From Candidatus Omnitrophota bacterium (GTDB taxonomy: Bacteria; Omnitrophota; Gorgyraeia; Gygaellales; Profunditerraquicolaceae), in NCBI GenBank assembly GCA_041653115.1, contig JBAZGA010000006.1:734-64733 (forward strand): a DNA stretch of 64,000 nucleotides. The letters are read 5' to 3'. The translations under genes and the position numbers were made by a program. Shown here piece by piece: positions 42,690 to 50,772 of the stretch; the stretch's first letter is position 1; every line of letters begins with the position of its first letter. The notes under the pieces are model-generated. The model saw nothing but the letters and a program-made list of their open reading frames with translations, was not told the DNA's origin and did no database searches.

Positions 42690-42827
42690 ATGAAAAAAAA
42701 TTTAAAGACGCCGACACACATTGTCGCAAAGCGCAGCCAAGGTTTCCGGAGCCGGATGAGCCGAAAGGCAGGCAGGAAAGTCTTGTCGCGCCGACGGAGA
42801 AAAGGAAGAAAGCGGCTCTCTATTTAA
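42690..42827 (+). CDS. rpmH: 50S ribosomal protein L34
   Basis: Hand translation: MKKNLKTPTHIVAKRSQGFRSRMSRKAGRKVLSRRRRKGRKRLSI. At 45 aa it falls below the ORF-track length cutoff. Confidence 0.9.
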   Translation: MKKNLKTPTHIVAKRSQGFRSRMSRKAGRKVLSRRRRKGRKRLSI

Positions 42828-43042
42828 TGTTAAAGAAGGTTTTGCTCAGCCTGATTAGCGCGTACCAAACCTATATCAGGGTTATGCTGCCGTCTTCTTG
42901 CCGGTTTTCGCCCAGCTGCTCGGATTATGCCAGGCAGGCAATTTTAAAGTACGGCGTTTATCGGGGTATTGCTAAGGCGGCAAGAAGATTATTCTGCTGC
43001 CACCCATTTTCCGGTAAATCCGGCTACGATCCCTTAATCTGA
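42827..43042 (+). CDS. yidD: Membrane protein insertion efficiency factor YidD
   Basis: LISAYQTYIRVMLPSSCRFSPSCSDYARQAI is the YidD signature. The start overlaps the rpmH stop. Confidence 0.85.
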   Translation: MLKKVLLSLISAYQTYIRVMLPSSCRFSPSCSDYARQAILKYGVYRGIAKAARRLFCCHPFSGKSGYDPLI

Positions 43043-43046
43043 CTTT

Positions 43047-44558
43047 ATGGAAAAACGTTTAATTATAGCGATCGCCTTATCTATGTTGGTGTTGTTGGCC
43101 TGGTCGGCTCTGGCCCCCAAGCCTCAGCCGGCATCCCCGGCCCTGCCCGCGTCACCAGCGGCCCCGTCGGAAAAGCGGCAAAGCGTACCCCTGCCGCAAG
43201 AGATTGAATGCGAACCCGCTCCCGAAGAGGTATTTTCCTACCAACGGGATAAAACTGAGCTCACTTTTATTGTGCCGCTGGCCGTGCTGAAAGAAGCCCG
43301 ATTTAAAGACTATCAGTCTTACCTCTTCCCCCTGAAGCAGGGGTTCTGGTTAGAGGATAAGGGCTTGGTCTTTCGTAAAGCAAGCGCTCCTCCCGGCGAA
43401 GTAATCTTTATCTATCAGGATAAAGAAAAAGAAATTATCAAGCGTTTTATTTTCTCTAACTCTAATTATAGCATGGAGTTAGAGATTGAAACCCGGAATC
43501 TCAGCGATTCTACAATCAGCCCGAGCTTACCCCTGGTATTGGGCGTATTGGATTTTTCCGGAGGGCAAAATCAAGCGCGCTTCCAAGACATTACCGCGGC
43601 ATTAAAAGATAAGACCCTGCATTTGAACGGCCGCAAAGACATGCAGTTGGAGGGAGTGCAATTCATCGGCATCCGCGACAGATACTTTTGCCTGATTGTC
43701 GAGCCCTCTGTAGAATCCCGGGCATTTATTCAAAAACTGAACTCTCACCAGGCAATCATCGGCTTAAATATAGAAAACCATTCGCTTGCGCCGGGTAGTA
43801 AAGATTTACAAAAATTTCATATCTATTTGGGACCCCAAGACTTGCAACTAATCAATCCAATTAAGTCCAGCTGGGCGCAAGTTGTACATTATGGCACCTT
43901 TGATTTCATTGCCCACCTGCTTTTACAGTTATTGAGGGTGGCATACCGCTTGGTCCACAACTGGGGCCTGGCGATTATAATTTTAAGCCTGGCCATTTAT
44001 TTCCTGCTCTACCCTTTTACCTTAAAACAGATGCGCTCAATGAAAGAGATGCAAGCCTTGCAGCCGCACATTGAAGAGCTGCGCAAGACCTATAAAGATA
44101 ATCCCCAGAAGATGAATAAAGAGATCATGGAGCTGTATCGAGAGCACAAAGTTAATCCTTTTGGCGGTTGCCTGCCCTTAATTTTACAGATGCCGATATT
44201 TTTTGCACTCTATCAAGCATTGTTGCGTTCGGTTTCTCTAAAAGGGGCGAGTTTTTTATGGATAAGGGATTTATCTGAACCTGACCGGTTATTCCTGCTT
44301 CCGGTTTCCTTACCGGTATTAGGCAACGAGATTAATCTTTTGCCAATAGTCATGGCCGTCGGGATGTTTCTACAGCAGAAGATGTCGCTCAAGAGCGCAG
44401 GCAGCGGCTCTGCCGAGCAGCAGCGTTTGATGATGATTATCCTGCCTTTGATGTTCGGCTTGATTTTTTATCATATGCCTGCGGGCTTAGTTTTATACTG
44501 GTTGGTCAATAGCGTGTTGATGTTAATTTCTCAATTTAAGACAAGCCGGGCAAGATGA
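43047..44558 (+). CDS. yidC: Membrane protein insertase YidC
   Basis: 503 aa with a periplasmic domain and a 5-TM core carrying the conserved LYPF and MPIFFALY motifs. Confidence 0.9.
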   Translation: MEKRLIIAIALSMLVLLAWSALAPKPQPASPALPASPAAPSEKRQSVPLPQEIECEPAPEEVFSYQRDKTELTFIVPLAVLKEARFKDYQSYLFPLKQGFWLEDKGLVFRKASAPPGEVIFIYQDKEKEIIKRFIFSNSNYSMELEIETRNLSDSTISPSLPLVLGVLDFSGGQNQARFQDITAALKDKTLHLNGRKDMQLEGVQFIGIRDRYFCLIVEPSVESRAFIQKLNSHQAIIGLNIENHSLAPGSKDLQKFHIYLGPQDLQLINPIKSSWAQVVHYGTFDFIAHLLLQLLRVAYRLVHNWGLAIIILSLAIYFLLYPFTLKQMRSMKEMQALQPHIEELRKTYKDNPQKMNKEIMELYREHKVNPFGGCLPLILQMPIFFALYQALLRSVSLKGASFLWIRDLSEPDRLFLLPVSLPVLGNEINLLPIVMAVGMFLQQKMSLKSAGSGSAEQQRLMMIILPLMFGLIFYHMPAGLVLYWLVNSVLMLISQFKTSRAR

Positions 44559-44755
44559 GCTATAAATCAAGTGTCGAAGTCGAAGCCAGGACCGTGGAAG
44601 AAGCAGTAAAGAAAGCGCTGCAAGAATTAAAATTACCCCGTAATAAAGTCAAAATCGAAGTGCTCTCCGAAGAAGAAAAAGGCCTTTTTGGGATGCCTGG
44701 CGCTAAACCGGCAAAAGTAAGAGTAAGCGTAATCAAGGGTAAAGAAAATACTTGA
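44555..44755 (+). CDS. jag: Jag N-terminal-domain protein (short, 66 aa)
   Basis: It sits in the Jag position after yidC. Only the Jag_N-like region is present. No KH or R3H domain. Confidence 0.55.
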   Translation: MSYKSSVEVEARTVEEAVKKALQELKLPRNKVKIEVLSEEEKGLFGMPGAKPAKVRVSVIKGKENT

Positions 44756-44838
44756 CAACGATTGCCCGTTTAATATAATAAATTTAATCTTTTTAGCCAT
44801 AGTTCCGCGTGAAACATATCGTAACTATATGATTTACA

Positions 44839-45663
44839 ATGGGTAAAATTATCGCAATTTGTAATCAGAAGGGCGGTACCGGTAAAACTACTTCCGCAGT
44901 TAACCTATCTGCTTATTTGGCTTTAGCCGGTAAAAAAATATTAGTGATTGATCTTGATCCTCAAGCAAATGCCACCAGCGGCTTAGGTATCAATAAACAC
45001 AATATTCAAAAGGGCACATATCATGTACTCTTAGAAGAATTGCAGATTAAAGAAATACTGCAGCCAACAGCCATCAATAATCTTTGGTTGGCTCCGGCCA
45101 ACCTAGACCTGACTGGCGCAGAGCTGGAATTAGTCAGTGTTTTAGGCAGAGAATATAGATTAAAAAAGGCTTTGGAAACGGAAAAAAACGATTTTGATTT
45201 TATTTTTGTGGATTCCCCGCCTTCTTTGGGCCTGTTAACCATTAATGGTTTGTGTGCTGCTGATGCGCTTTTAATCCCGGTGCAATGCGAATATTACGCC
45301 CTAGAAGGATTATCGCAACTCATTAATACGATTACACTTATAAAAGATAATCTTAATCCCAGCCTAGCAGTGCAGGGCGTTTTACTCACTATGGCGGATT
45401 TTCGCACTAACCTGACCAAGGAAGTCATTCAAGAAGTAAAAAACTACTTTAAAGACAAGGTGTATGATACGGTCATCCCCCGCAGTATCCGTTTGTCCGA
45501 GGCGCCGAGTTTTGGCCAGCCAGTAGTATTATATGATAAGGATTCAATTGGCGCACAAAAATATGCAGAATTAGCCGGCGAATTTTTAGGCTTACCTAAA
45601 GTCAGTTTGGACAATTCTCAGCATCAACAAGATGTAGAAGAGGCTAATTTAGGAGAAGGATAA
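44839..45663 (+). CDS. parA: Chromosome partitioning ATPase ParA/Soj
   Basis: Deviant Walker A KGGTGKTT. 274 aa. Confidence 0.9.
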   Translation: MGKIIAICNQKGGTGKTTSAVNLSAYLALAGKKILVIDLDPQANATSGLGINKHNIQKGTYHVLLEELQIKEILQPTAINNLWLAPANLDLTGAELELVSVLGREYRLKKALETEKNDFDFIFVDSPPSLGLLTINGLCAADALLIPVQCEYYALEGLSQLINTITLIKDNLNPSLAVQGVLLTMADFRTNLTKEVIQEVKNYFKDKVYDTVIPRSIRLSEAPSFGQPVVLYDKDSIGAQKYAELAGEFLGLPKVSLDNSQHQQDVEEANLGEG

Positions 45664-46517
45664 TGGAGAGAAAAGCATTAGGCAAAGGCATCACAGCGCT
45701 AATTCCGGAGAAAGAAACAGGAAAAGAAGAAAGAATTAGTTATGTACCCATTGGGCAAATTAAACCCAGCCCGTTTCAACCGCGCGAAGATTTTGACTTA
45801 GAGAGTATTGAAGAATTAGCCCAGTCAATTAAAGAAAAAGGGGTTATTCAACCCTTACTGGTAAGGCACCATGCCGCAGGCTACGAATTGATTGCTGGCG
45901 AAAGAAGGTTACGCGCTGCCAACCTATTGAAATTAAAGGAGATACCAATTATAATCAAAGACGTAGCCGATGAGGATGCCTTAGAATTAGCCTTAATCGA
46001 AAACCTGCAAAGACAAGGCCTGAACCCGATTGAAGAAGCGCACGCTTATCAGTATCTGATTGATAAATTTCAACTGACCCAAGAGAAAATCAGCGAGGTC
46101 CTGGGTAAGGCCAGAGTATCTGTTACGAATACTTTGCGTTTATTGAGGCTGCCTCAGGAAATCCAGGCGGAGCTCAAGAAGGGCAGGATTTCTTTTGCTC
46201 ATGGCCGGGCGCTTTTAGAAATTGAGGATGCAAACCAGCAGCGCCGCCTGGCCCAGGAGATAATTACGCACGGGCTGTCAGTGAGAGAATTAGAGAGTTT
46301 AATCAAAAGGCAGCGGCCAAGAGCAATCAAGCGCAGGATGGGTCAGTCCCAGCGCGAGCCCTATGTGGCGGTTTTAGAAGAGCAATTGCAGCATATTCTG
46401 GCGACCAAGGTCAGGATCAGCAAAAGAAAAAAACGCGGGCACATCCTGATTGAATTCTATTCCCAGGAGGACCTGGAAAGGATCGCGCATAAGCTTAAAG
46501 GAGGGGCAGAGCGATGA
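45663..46517 (+). CDS. parB: Chromosome partitioning protein ParB/Spo0J
   Basis: ParB box GERRLRAA and an HTH. 284 aa. Confidence 0.9.
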   Translation: MERKALGKGITALIPEKETGKEERISYVPIGQIKPSPFQPREDFDLESIEELAQSIKEKGVIQPLLVRHHAAGYELIAGERRLRAANLLKLKEIPIIIKDVADEDALELALIENLQRQGLNPIEEAHAYQYLIDKFQLTQEKISEVLGKARVSVTNTLRLLRLPQEIQAELKKGRISFAHGRALLEIEDANQQRRLAQEIITHGLSVRELESLIKRQRPRAIKRRMGQSQREPYVAVLEEQLQHILATKVRISKRKKRGHILIEFYSQEDLERIAHKLKGGAER

Positions 46518-47017
46518 GCCAGGCAGCGTTAATCCTCATTAAGCCCGACGGGCTGAAAAAATCTTTAACCGGCAATATCTTAACCCGGCTATCCGAGACC
46601 AAGCTGGAAATTGTCGCCGCCAAGATGGTGCGCGTAACCAAAGAGCTGGCTGAAGAGCATTATCAACACCTCAAAGACAAGCCCTTTTTTGCCGAGATTA
46701 TCAAATATCTCCGCGGGGAACTGCATGACCGGCGCAAAGTAATGGCGCTCATCTATTGGGGCAAAGACGCGATTAAGAAATGTCGGGAGCTCGCCGGCGC
46801 CACTAATCCGGAAGAGGCAGACCCCACCAGCATCCGCGGCTCTTACGGCAGGATTACTACTTCCGGCGTCTATGAAAATGTTATCCATGTGTCGGGCAAT
46901 GAGCCTGAGGCAGAGCGGGAAATCAAGCTCTGGTTCCGCCCCGACGAGATTATCGTGGACTTGTATCCCTCTAAAGAGATTATCGAAGAAAAAAGGAAAG
47001 CGAGAGTTTGGGCATGA
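46514..47017 (+). CDS. ndk: Nucleoside diphosphate kinase
   Basis: IKPDG, KPFF, LAGATNP and NVIHVSG (the active-site His region) align with Ndk. Confidence 0.7.
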   Translation: MSQAALILIKPDGLKKSLTGNILTRLSETKLEIVAAKMVRVTKELAEEHYQHLKDKPFFAEIIKYLRGELHDRRKVMALIYWGKDAIKKCRELAGATNPEEADPTSIRGSYGRITTSGVYENVIHVSGNEPEAEREIKLWFRPDEIIVDLYPSKEIIEEKRKARVWA

Positions 47018-47841
47018 TCAACAGTATGACCGGCTTTGGCAGCCGGGAGGCCGAGGTTAAGCCCTTAGGTAAAATTTGCGTGGAACTGAGGAGCACCAAC
47101 CATAAGTTCTTGGAAATAGTCCTGCATTTGCCGGAGGGGTTCCTTTCTTTGGAAGAGAGGATCAAGAAAGAAATCGAGAAAAAAGTCAAGCGCGGCAGGA
47201 TCGTCTGCGTCGTGAATATCTCATCCGCCGGCGCAAAAAGCGTTTTTGTGAACCAGCCGCTCTTGAAGAATTATATCGCGGCGCTAAAAAAAATCAAAGA
47301 GCAGTGCCGGATTAAAGACAGCGCCGCTCTCGATACTTTAATCCACTTGCCCGGCGTATTATCGTCGGTGGAAGAGAATATCCCCAAGGCAAAAATCTGG
47401 CCGCACATTAGAGAGGCGGCTAACCGCGCCCTGAATGATTTGGCTATGATGCGCCGCAAAGAAGGGGCGGCGCTGGCGGTTTGCCTGGCAGCGCAGGCGC
47501 GGGCATTAAGGGTGGAGCTGGAAGGAATTAAGGCGCGCTTCGGCAGGGTAATGAAGGAAAAAGCCGCTGCCCTCAAAAGCGACGAAGAGCGTGCAGCCTT
47601 CTTAAAGAACACGGATATTACCGAAGAGATAGAAAGAATGGCTTTTCATATCAGGAATTTTACCCGGCGGCTTAAAAGAAGCGGCCCTTTGGGCAAGGAG
47701 CTTGATTTTATTGCCCAGGAGATGCAGCGTGAGAGCAATACCATCGGCGCCAAATCCTGCGATGCCTTGATTTCCGGCCGGGTAGTGCAATTAAAGAGCC
47801 GGATTGAAAAAATCAGAGAACAGGTGCAGAACATAGAGTGA
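47008..47841 (+). CDS. yicC: YicC-family stress-induced protein
   Basis: The N-terminus MINSMTGFG is invariant in the YicC/TIGR00255 family. 277 aa. Confidence 0.8.
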   Translation: MGMINSMTGFGSREAEVKPLGKICVELRSTNHKFLEIVLHLPEGFLSLEERIKKEIEKKVKRGRIVCVVNISSAGAKSVFVNQPLLKNYIAALKKIKEQCRIKDSAALDTLIHLPGVLSSVEENIPKAKIWPHIREAANRALNDLAMMRRKEGAALAVCLAAQARALRVELEGIKARFGRVMKEKAAALKSDEERAAFLKNTDITEEIERMAFHIRNFTRRLKRSGPLGKELDFIAQEMQRESNTIGAKSCDALISGRVVQLKSRIEKIREQVQNIE

Positions 47842-48446
47842 AAGTTAAAGGGCTAATCTTTGTGATTTCCGGGCCTTCAGGCTCGGGCAAGACCACGCTT
47901 GCCAGCAACATCGTCAAGGACAAGACGCTAAGGAAAAAATTACGCAAGCCGGTTTCTTTTACGACCCGTTTCAGGAGGTCAAAGGAAAAAAACGGCAGGG
48001 ATTATTTTTTTATTAGCGAAAAGGAATTTCAAAAGCAGCGCCGCGGGAAAAAAATCCTTGAATGGACAAAGTATCTGGGATATTATTACGCGACGCCGAG
48101 GGATTTTATTGAGCGCGAGCTGAAAAAAGGCAGGCATATTATTTTATGTCTGGACTTAAAGGGCGCTTTAAAAGTAAAGCGGCTTTACTCCGGCAACACG
48201 ATAACATTTTTTATTATGCCGCCTTCTTTAAGGGAGTTGCACAAGAGGATAAAAAAGCGCTGCAAGCGCACCAAGCACGAAGAGGTGAGGCGGCGGCTCG
48301 GCCTTGCCCGCAGGGAAATACAGGCAGCCCGCCGATACGATTATTGTCTGGTCAACAAAAATTTAAGGGAAGTGACAGGGAGGCTGAAGAGGATTATTTT
48401 AAACAAGATCAGCAGGGAAGAGAAAGGTAAATTATGCCTTACTTAG
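47838..48446 (+). CDS. gmk: Guanylate kinase
   Basis: P-loop GPSGSGKTT. It follows yicC, the conserved yicC-gmk-rpoZ arrangement. Confidence 0.85.
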   Translation: MKVKGLIFVISGPSGSGKTTLASNIVKDKTLRKKLRKPVSFTTRFRRSKEKNGRDYFFISEKEFQKQRRGKKILEWTKYLGYYYATPRDFIERELKKGRHIILCLDLKGALKVKRLYSGNTITFFIMPPSLRELHKRIKKRCKRTKHEEVRRRLGLARREIQAARRYDYCLVNKNLREVTGRLKRIILNKISREEKGKLCLT

Positions 48447-48631
48447 CGCTGGAAAAACTTTTGGATAAGAGCGAGAAGTCCGTCTATAAACTGGTAATAT
48501 TGGCATCAAGAAGGGCGCTGGAGATCGCCGAAGGGCAACCCAAACTTGTGGCGGCTGACTCCTCGGTCAAGCCGTCTACAGTCGCCCTTTACGAGGTTGC
48601 CGAAGGCAAGGTGTACTATAAAAAACAATAA
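48434..48631 (+). CDS. rpoZ: RNA polymerase omega subunit
   Basis: The 65-aa sequence SVYKLVILASRRALEI is the omega signature. Confidence 0.85.
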   Translation: MPYLALEKLLDKSEKSVYKLVILASRRALEIAEGQPKLVAADSSVKPSTVALYEVAEGKVYYKKQ

Positions 48632-49157
48632 GCATGTCATTTTAGGCGTTAGCGCCAGCATTGCCATTTACAAGGCCTGCGAGATCATCCGGCGGCTTAA
48701 GGACGACGGTTTTTCAGTAAGCGTGGTTTTGACTGCGGAAGCAGAAGAGCTGGTTAAACCGGTGGTCTTTGCCTCTTTAAGCGGCAATCGAGTCTACCGG
48801 GGTTTATTTGCCGAGCCCGATGTCTGGGAGATAGAGCATATCTCGCTGGCAGATAAGGCGGACTTAGTCTTAATTGCTCCGGCTACGGCAAATATCATCG
48901 CTAAAATAGCCGCGGGCATCTGTGATGATTTATTGACCTGCGTGGTTTGCGCGACCAGGGCGCCGGTTCTAATTGCTCCGGCGATGAACGAGCATATGTA
49001 TCAGAATAAAATTACGCAGGGCAATGTCCGCAAACTCAAAACCTTAGGCTATAAATTTATCGGGCCGAGGCAGGGGAAACTGGCTTGCGGGAAAATCGGC
49101 GCCGGCTGCTTGGCAGAAGTAGAGACGATCATTAAGGAAGTAAAAAAGATTCTTTGA
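48597..49157 (+). CDS. coaC: Phosphopantothenoylcysteine decarboxylase-type flavoprotein, CoaC domain only with no CoaB domain. Start uncertain.
   Basis: HVILGVSASIAIYKA and PATANIIAKIAAGICDDLL match the flavoprotein/CoaC fold. There is no ATG in frame after the rpoZ stop. An in-frame TTG lies at 48597. The ORF-track start at 48546 overlaps rpoZ by 86 nt. Confidence 0.7.
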   Translation: MPKARCTIKNNKHVILGVSASIAIYKACEIIRRLKDDGFSVSVVLTAEAEELVKPVVFASLSGNRVYRGLFAEPDVWEIEHISLADKADLVLIAPATANIIAKIAAGICDDLLTCVVCATRAPVLIAPAMNEHMYQNKITQGNVRKLKTLGYKFIGPRQGKLACGKIGAGCLAEVETIIKEVKKIL

Positions 49158-49164
49158 AAGTTTT

Positions 49165-49239
49165 GGCGACGTAGCCAAGCGGCAAGGCAGCTCTCTGCAA
49201 AAGAGCTATACAGCGGTTCGAATCCGCTCGTCGCCTCCA
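49165..49239 (+). tRNA. tRNA-Cys (anticodon GCA)
   Basis: GGCGACG TA GCCAAGCGGCAAGGC A GCTCT CTGCAAA AGAGC...GGTTCGAATCC...CGTCGCC T CCA. Confidence 0.85.
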
Positions 49240-49240
49240 T

Positions 49241-49267
49241 TTAATTTTTCCGATAAGGAAAAATTAA
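49241..49267 (+). terminator. AT-rich perfect hairpin TTAATTTTTCC-GATAA-GGAAAAATTAA immediately after tRNA-Cys (possible processing site or terminator)
   Basis: An 11-bp perfect inverted repeat read from the sequence. No clean U-tract follows. Confidence 0.35.
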
Positions 49268-49355
49268 ATGGCACTCAAGCGAGCGTAGCGAGGCGACAAG
49301 CCGAGCAGCGAGCAGAGTGCATAGGTAGTTTTTGCGAGGGACTAAGTTCTTATAG

Positions 49356-49438
49356 GGGCAAGTGGTGGAATGGCATACACGAAGGACTTAAAATCCTTTG
49401 GCCGTAAGGTCGTGAGGGTCCGACTCCCTCCTTGCCCA
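49356..49438 (+). tRNA. tRNA-Leu (anticodon TAA) with a long variable arm and an atypical T-loop (TCCGACT)
   Basis: GGGCAAG TG GTG GAATGGCATA CAC G AAGGA CTTAAAA TCCTT TGGCCGTAAGGTCGTG GAGGG TCCGACT CCCTC CTTGCCC A. The D-arm and anticodon arm align with E. coli tRNA-Leu. Confidence 0.6.
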
Positions 49439-49514
49439 TGAAATTTTGCTGCGTAAAATTTCACCCCGAGCATTTGTGATAACATAAGTTTGAGCGAAGG
49501 GTAATAATATTTAA

Positions 49515-49591
49515 GGGCGCTTAGCTCAGTTGGATAGAGTACTTCCTTGACATGGAAGGGGTCACAGGTTCAAATCCTGTAGCGCCCACCA
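49515..49591 (+). tRNA. tRNA-Val (anticodon GAC)
   Basis: GGGCGCTTAGCTCAGTTGGATAGAGTA CTTCC TTGACAT GGAAG...GGTTCAAATCC...AGCGCCC A CCA. Confidence 0.85.
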
Positions 49592-49693
49592 GCTTTTGCG
49601 AAGCAAAAGCGCAGTCCCGGGCAAGAAGAGAGCGAAGCGGTATTTGTGAAGGGTCGGAAGAGATAATCTGACAATAGATGCAGGAGGAATTGA

Positions 49694-50771
49694 ATGGCGG
49701 AAAAAACACTGAATAATTTAGGACCGCTGCAAAAGCTGATTGATGATCCCCGGGTGTCGGAAATTATGGTCAACGGCCCGAAAAAGGTATTCGTTGAGCG
49801 GGACGGGAAAAAACAGCCTACCGATGTTACCTTTTCCAGCGAAGAAGCGGTGATGCAATTAATCGAGAGTATTTACCACCCCAGGGGCAAAAGAGTGGAC
49901 AAGGACGTGCCTTTTGCCGACGTCTGTCTGGAGGACGGAACGCGCGTCAACGCGATTATCCCGCCGATGTCCCGTTTCGGCGTATCGCTTACCCTGCGCA
50001 AATTTTCCAAAGAGGTAGCTACGCTGGATGATTTATTGCGCCTGGGTACGCTTAACCAGAAAGCCACTGAATTTTTAGTTGCCTGTATCAAGGGGAAAAT
50101 CAATATGGTTATTTCCGGAGGCACCGGCGTAGGCAAGACCACGCTCCTGCAGATTCTTTCCGGGGATTTTGCCGCCGAGGAGCGCGTGATTACGATCGAA
50201 GATGCCGCCGAGCTAAGGCTCGCCCAGGAAAACGTAATTTCCCTGGAGACGCGTACTCCGGATAGAGACGGTAAAGGAGGGGTGTCACTGAGGGATTTAA
50301 TCCGTAATGCCCTGCGTATGGCGCCTGACCGTTTGATAGTCGGAGAAGTCAGGGGCGCCGAAGCAATTGATATGATTCAGGCCATGGCGACCGGCCACAG
50401 CGGTACCATCGGTATTGTCCACGGCAACTCGCCGAAAGAGGTGATTGCGCTTAGAAACGATGATGCTGATGTCCGGCCTTGCCCTCCCGCTCTGGGAAGT
50501 GAGGAACCTGATTGCCTCGACCATTCATCTGGTATTGCATATTGAACGGATGCAGGACGGCAGCCGCAAGGTGACTTATATTACGGAGCTGCGCGGGGTA
50601 GACCGGGAAGCGATAGTCTTTAATGATTTGTTTGTCTTTCATCTTGATAAAATTGATGAACAGGGCCGGGTTGTCGGGGCGTTAAAACCGTCTATCAGGT
50701 ATTACCCCTTATTCTTCCAGAAATTACAGAAGATGCGCCTGGTTTCGGATAAAATTTTCGTGAACGAATAA
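49694..50771 (+). pseudogene. CpaF/TadA-type (type II/IV secretion family) assembly ATPase, interrupted by a frameshift at ~50447-50450
   Basis: ORF 49694-50545 carries Walker A GGTGVGKTT and ends ...SPKEVIA. ORF 50445-50771, one frame over, begins RLETMMLMSGLALPLWEVR. Together they match the CpaF consensus ...SPRDALSRLETMVLM with no gap, which implies a 2-nt loss in a GCGCGC run (the genome reads gcgc). Confidence 0.65.
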
Positions 50772-50772
50772 A

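Noticed and set aside
48546-48596. Long N-terminal extension of the coaC-like flavoprotein (ORF-track start 48546).
   Set aside because: It would overlap rpoZ by 86 nt and add non-homologous residues. An in-frame TTG at 48597 gives a protein starting just before the conserved flavoprotein N-terminus. The exact start remains uncertain.
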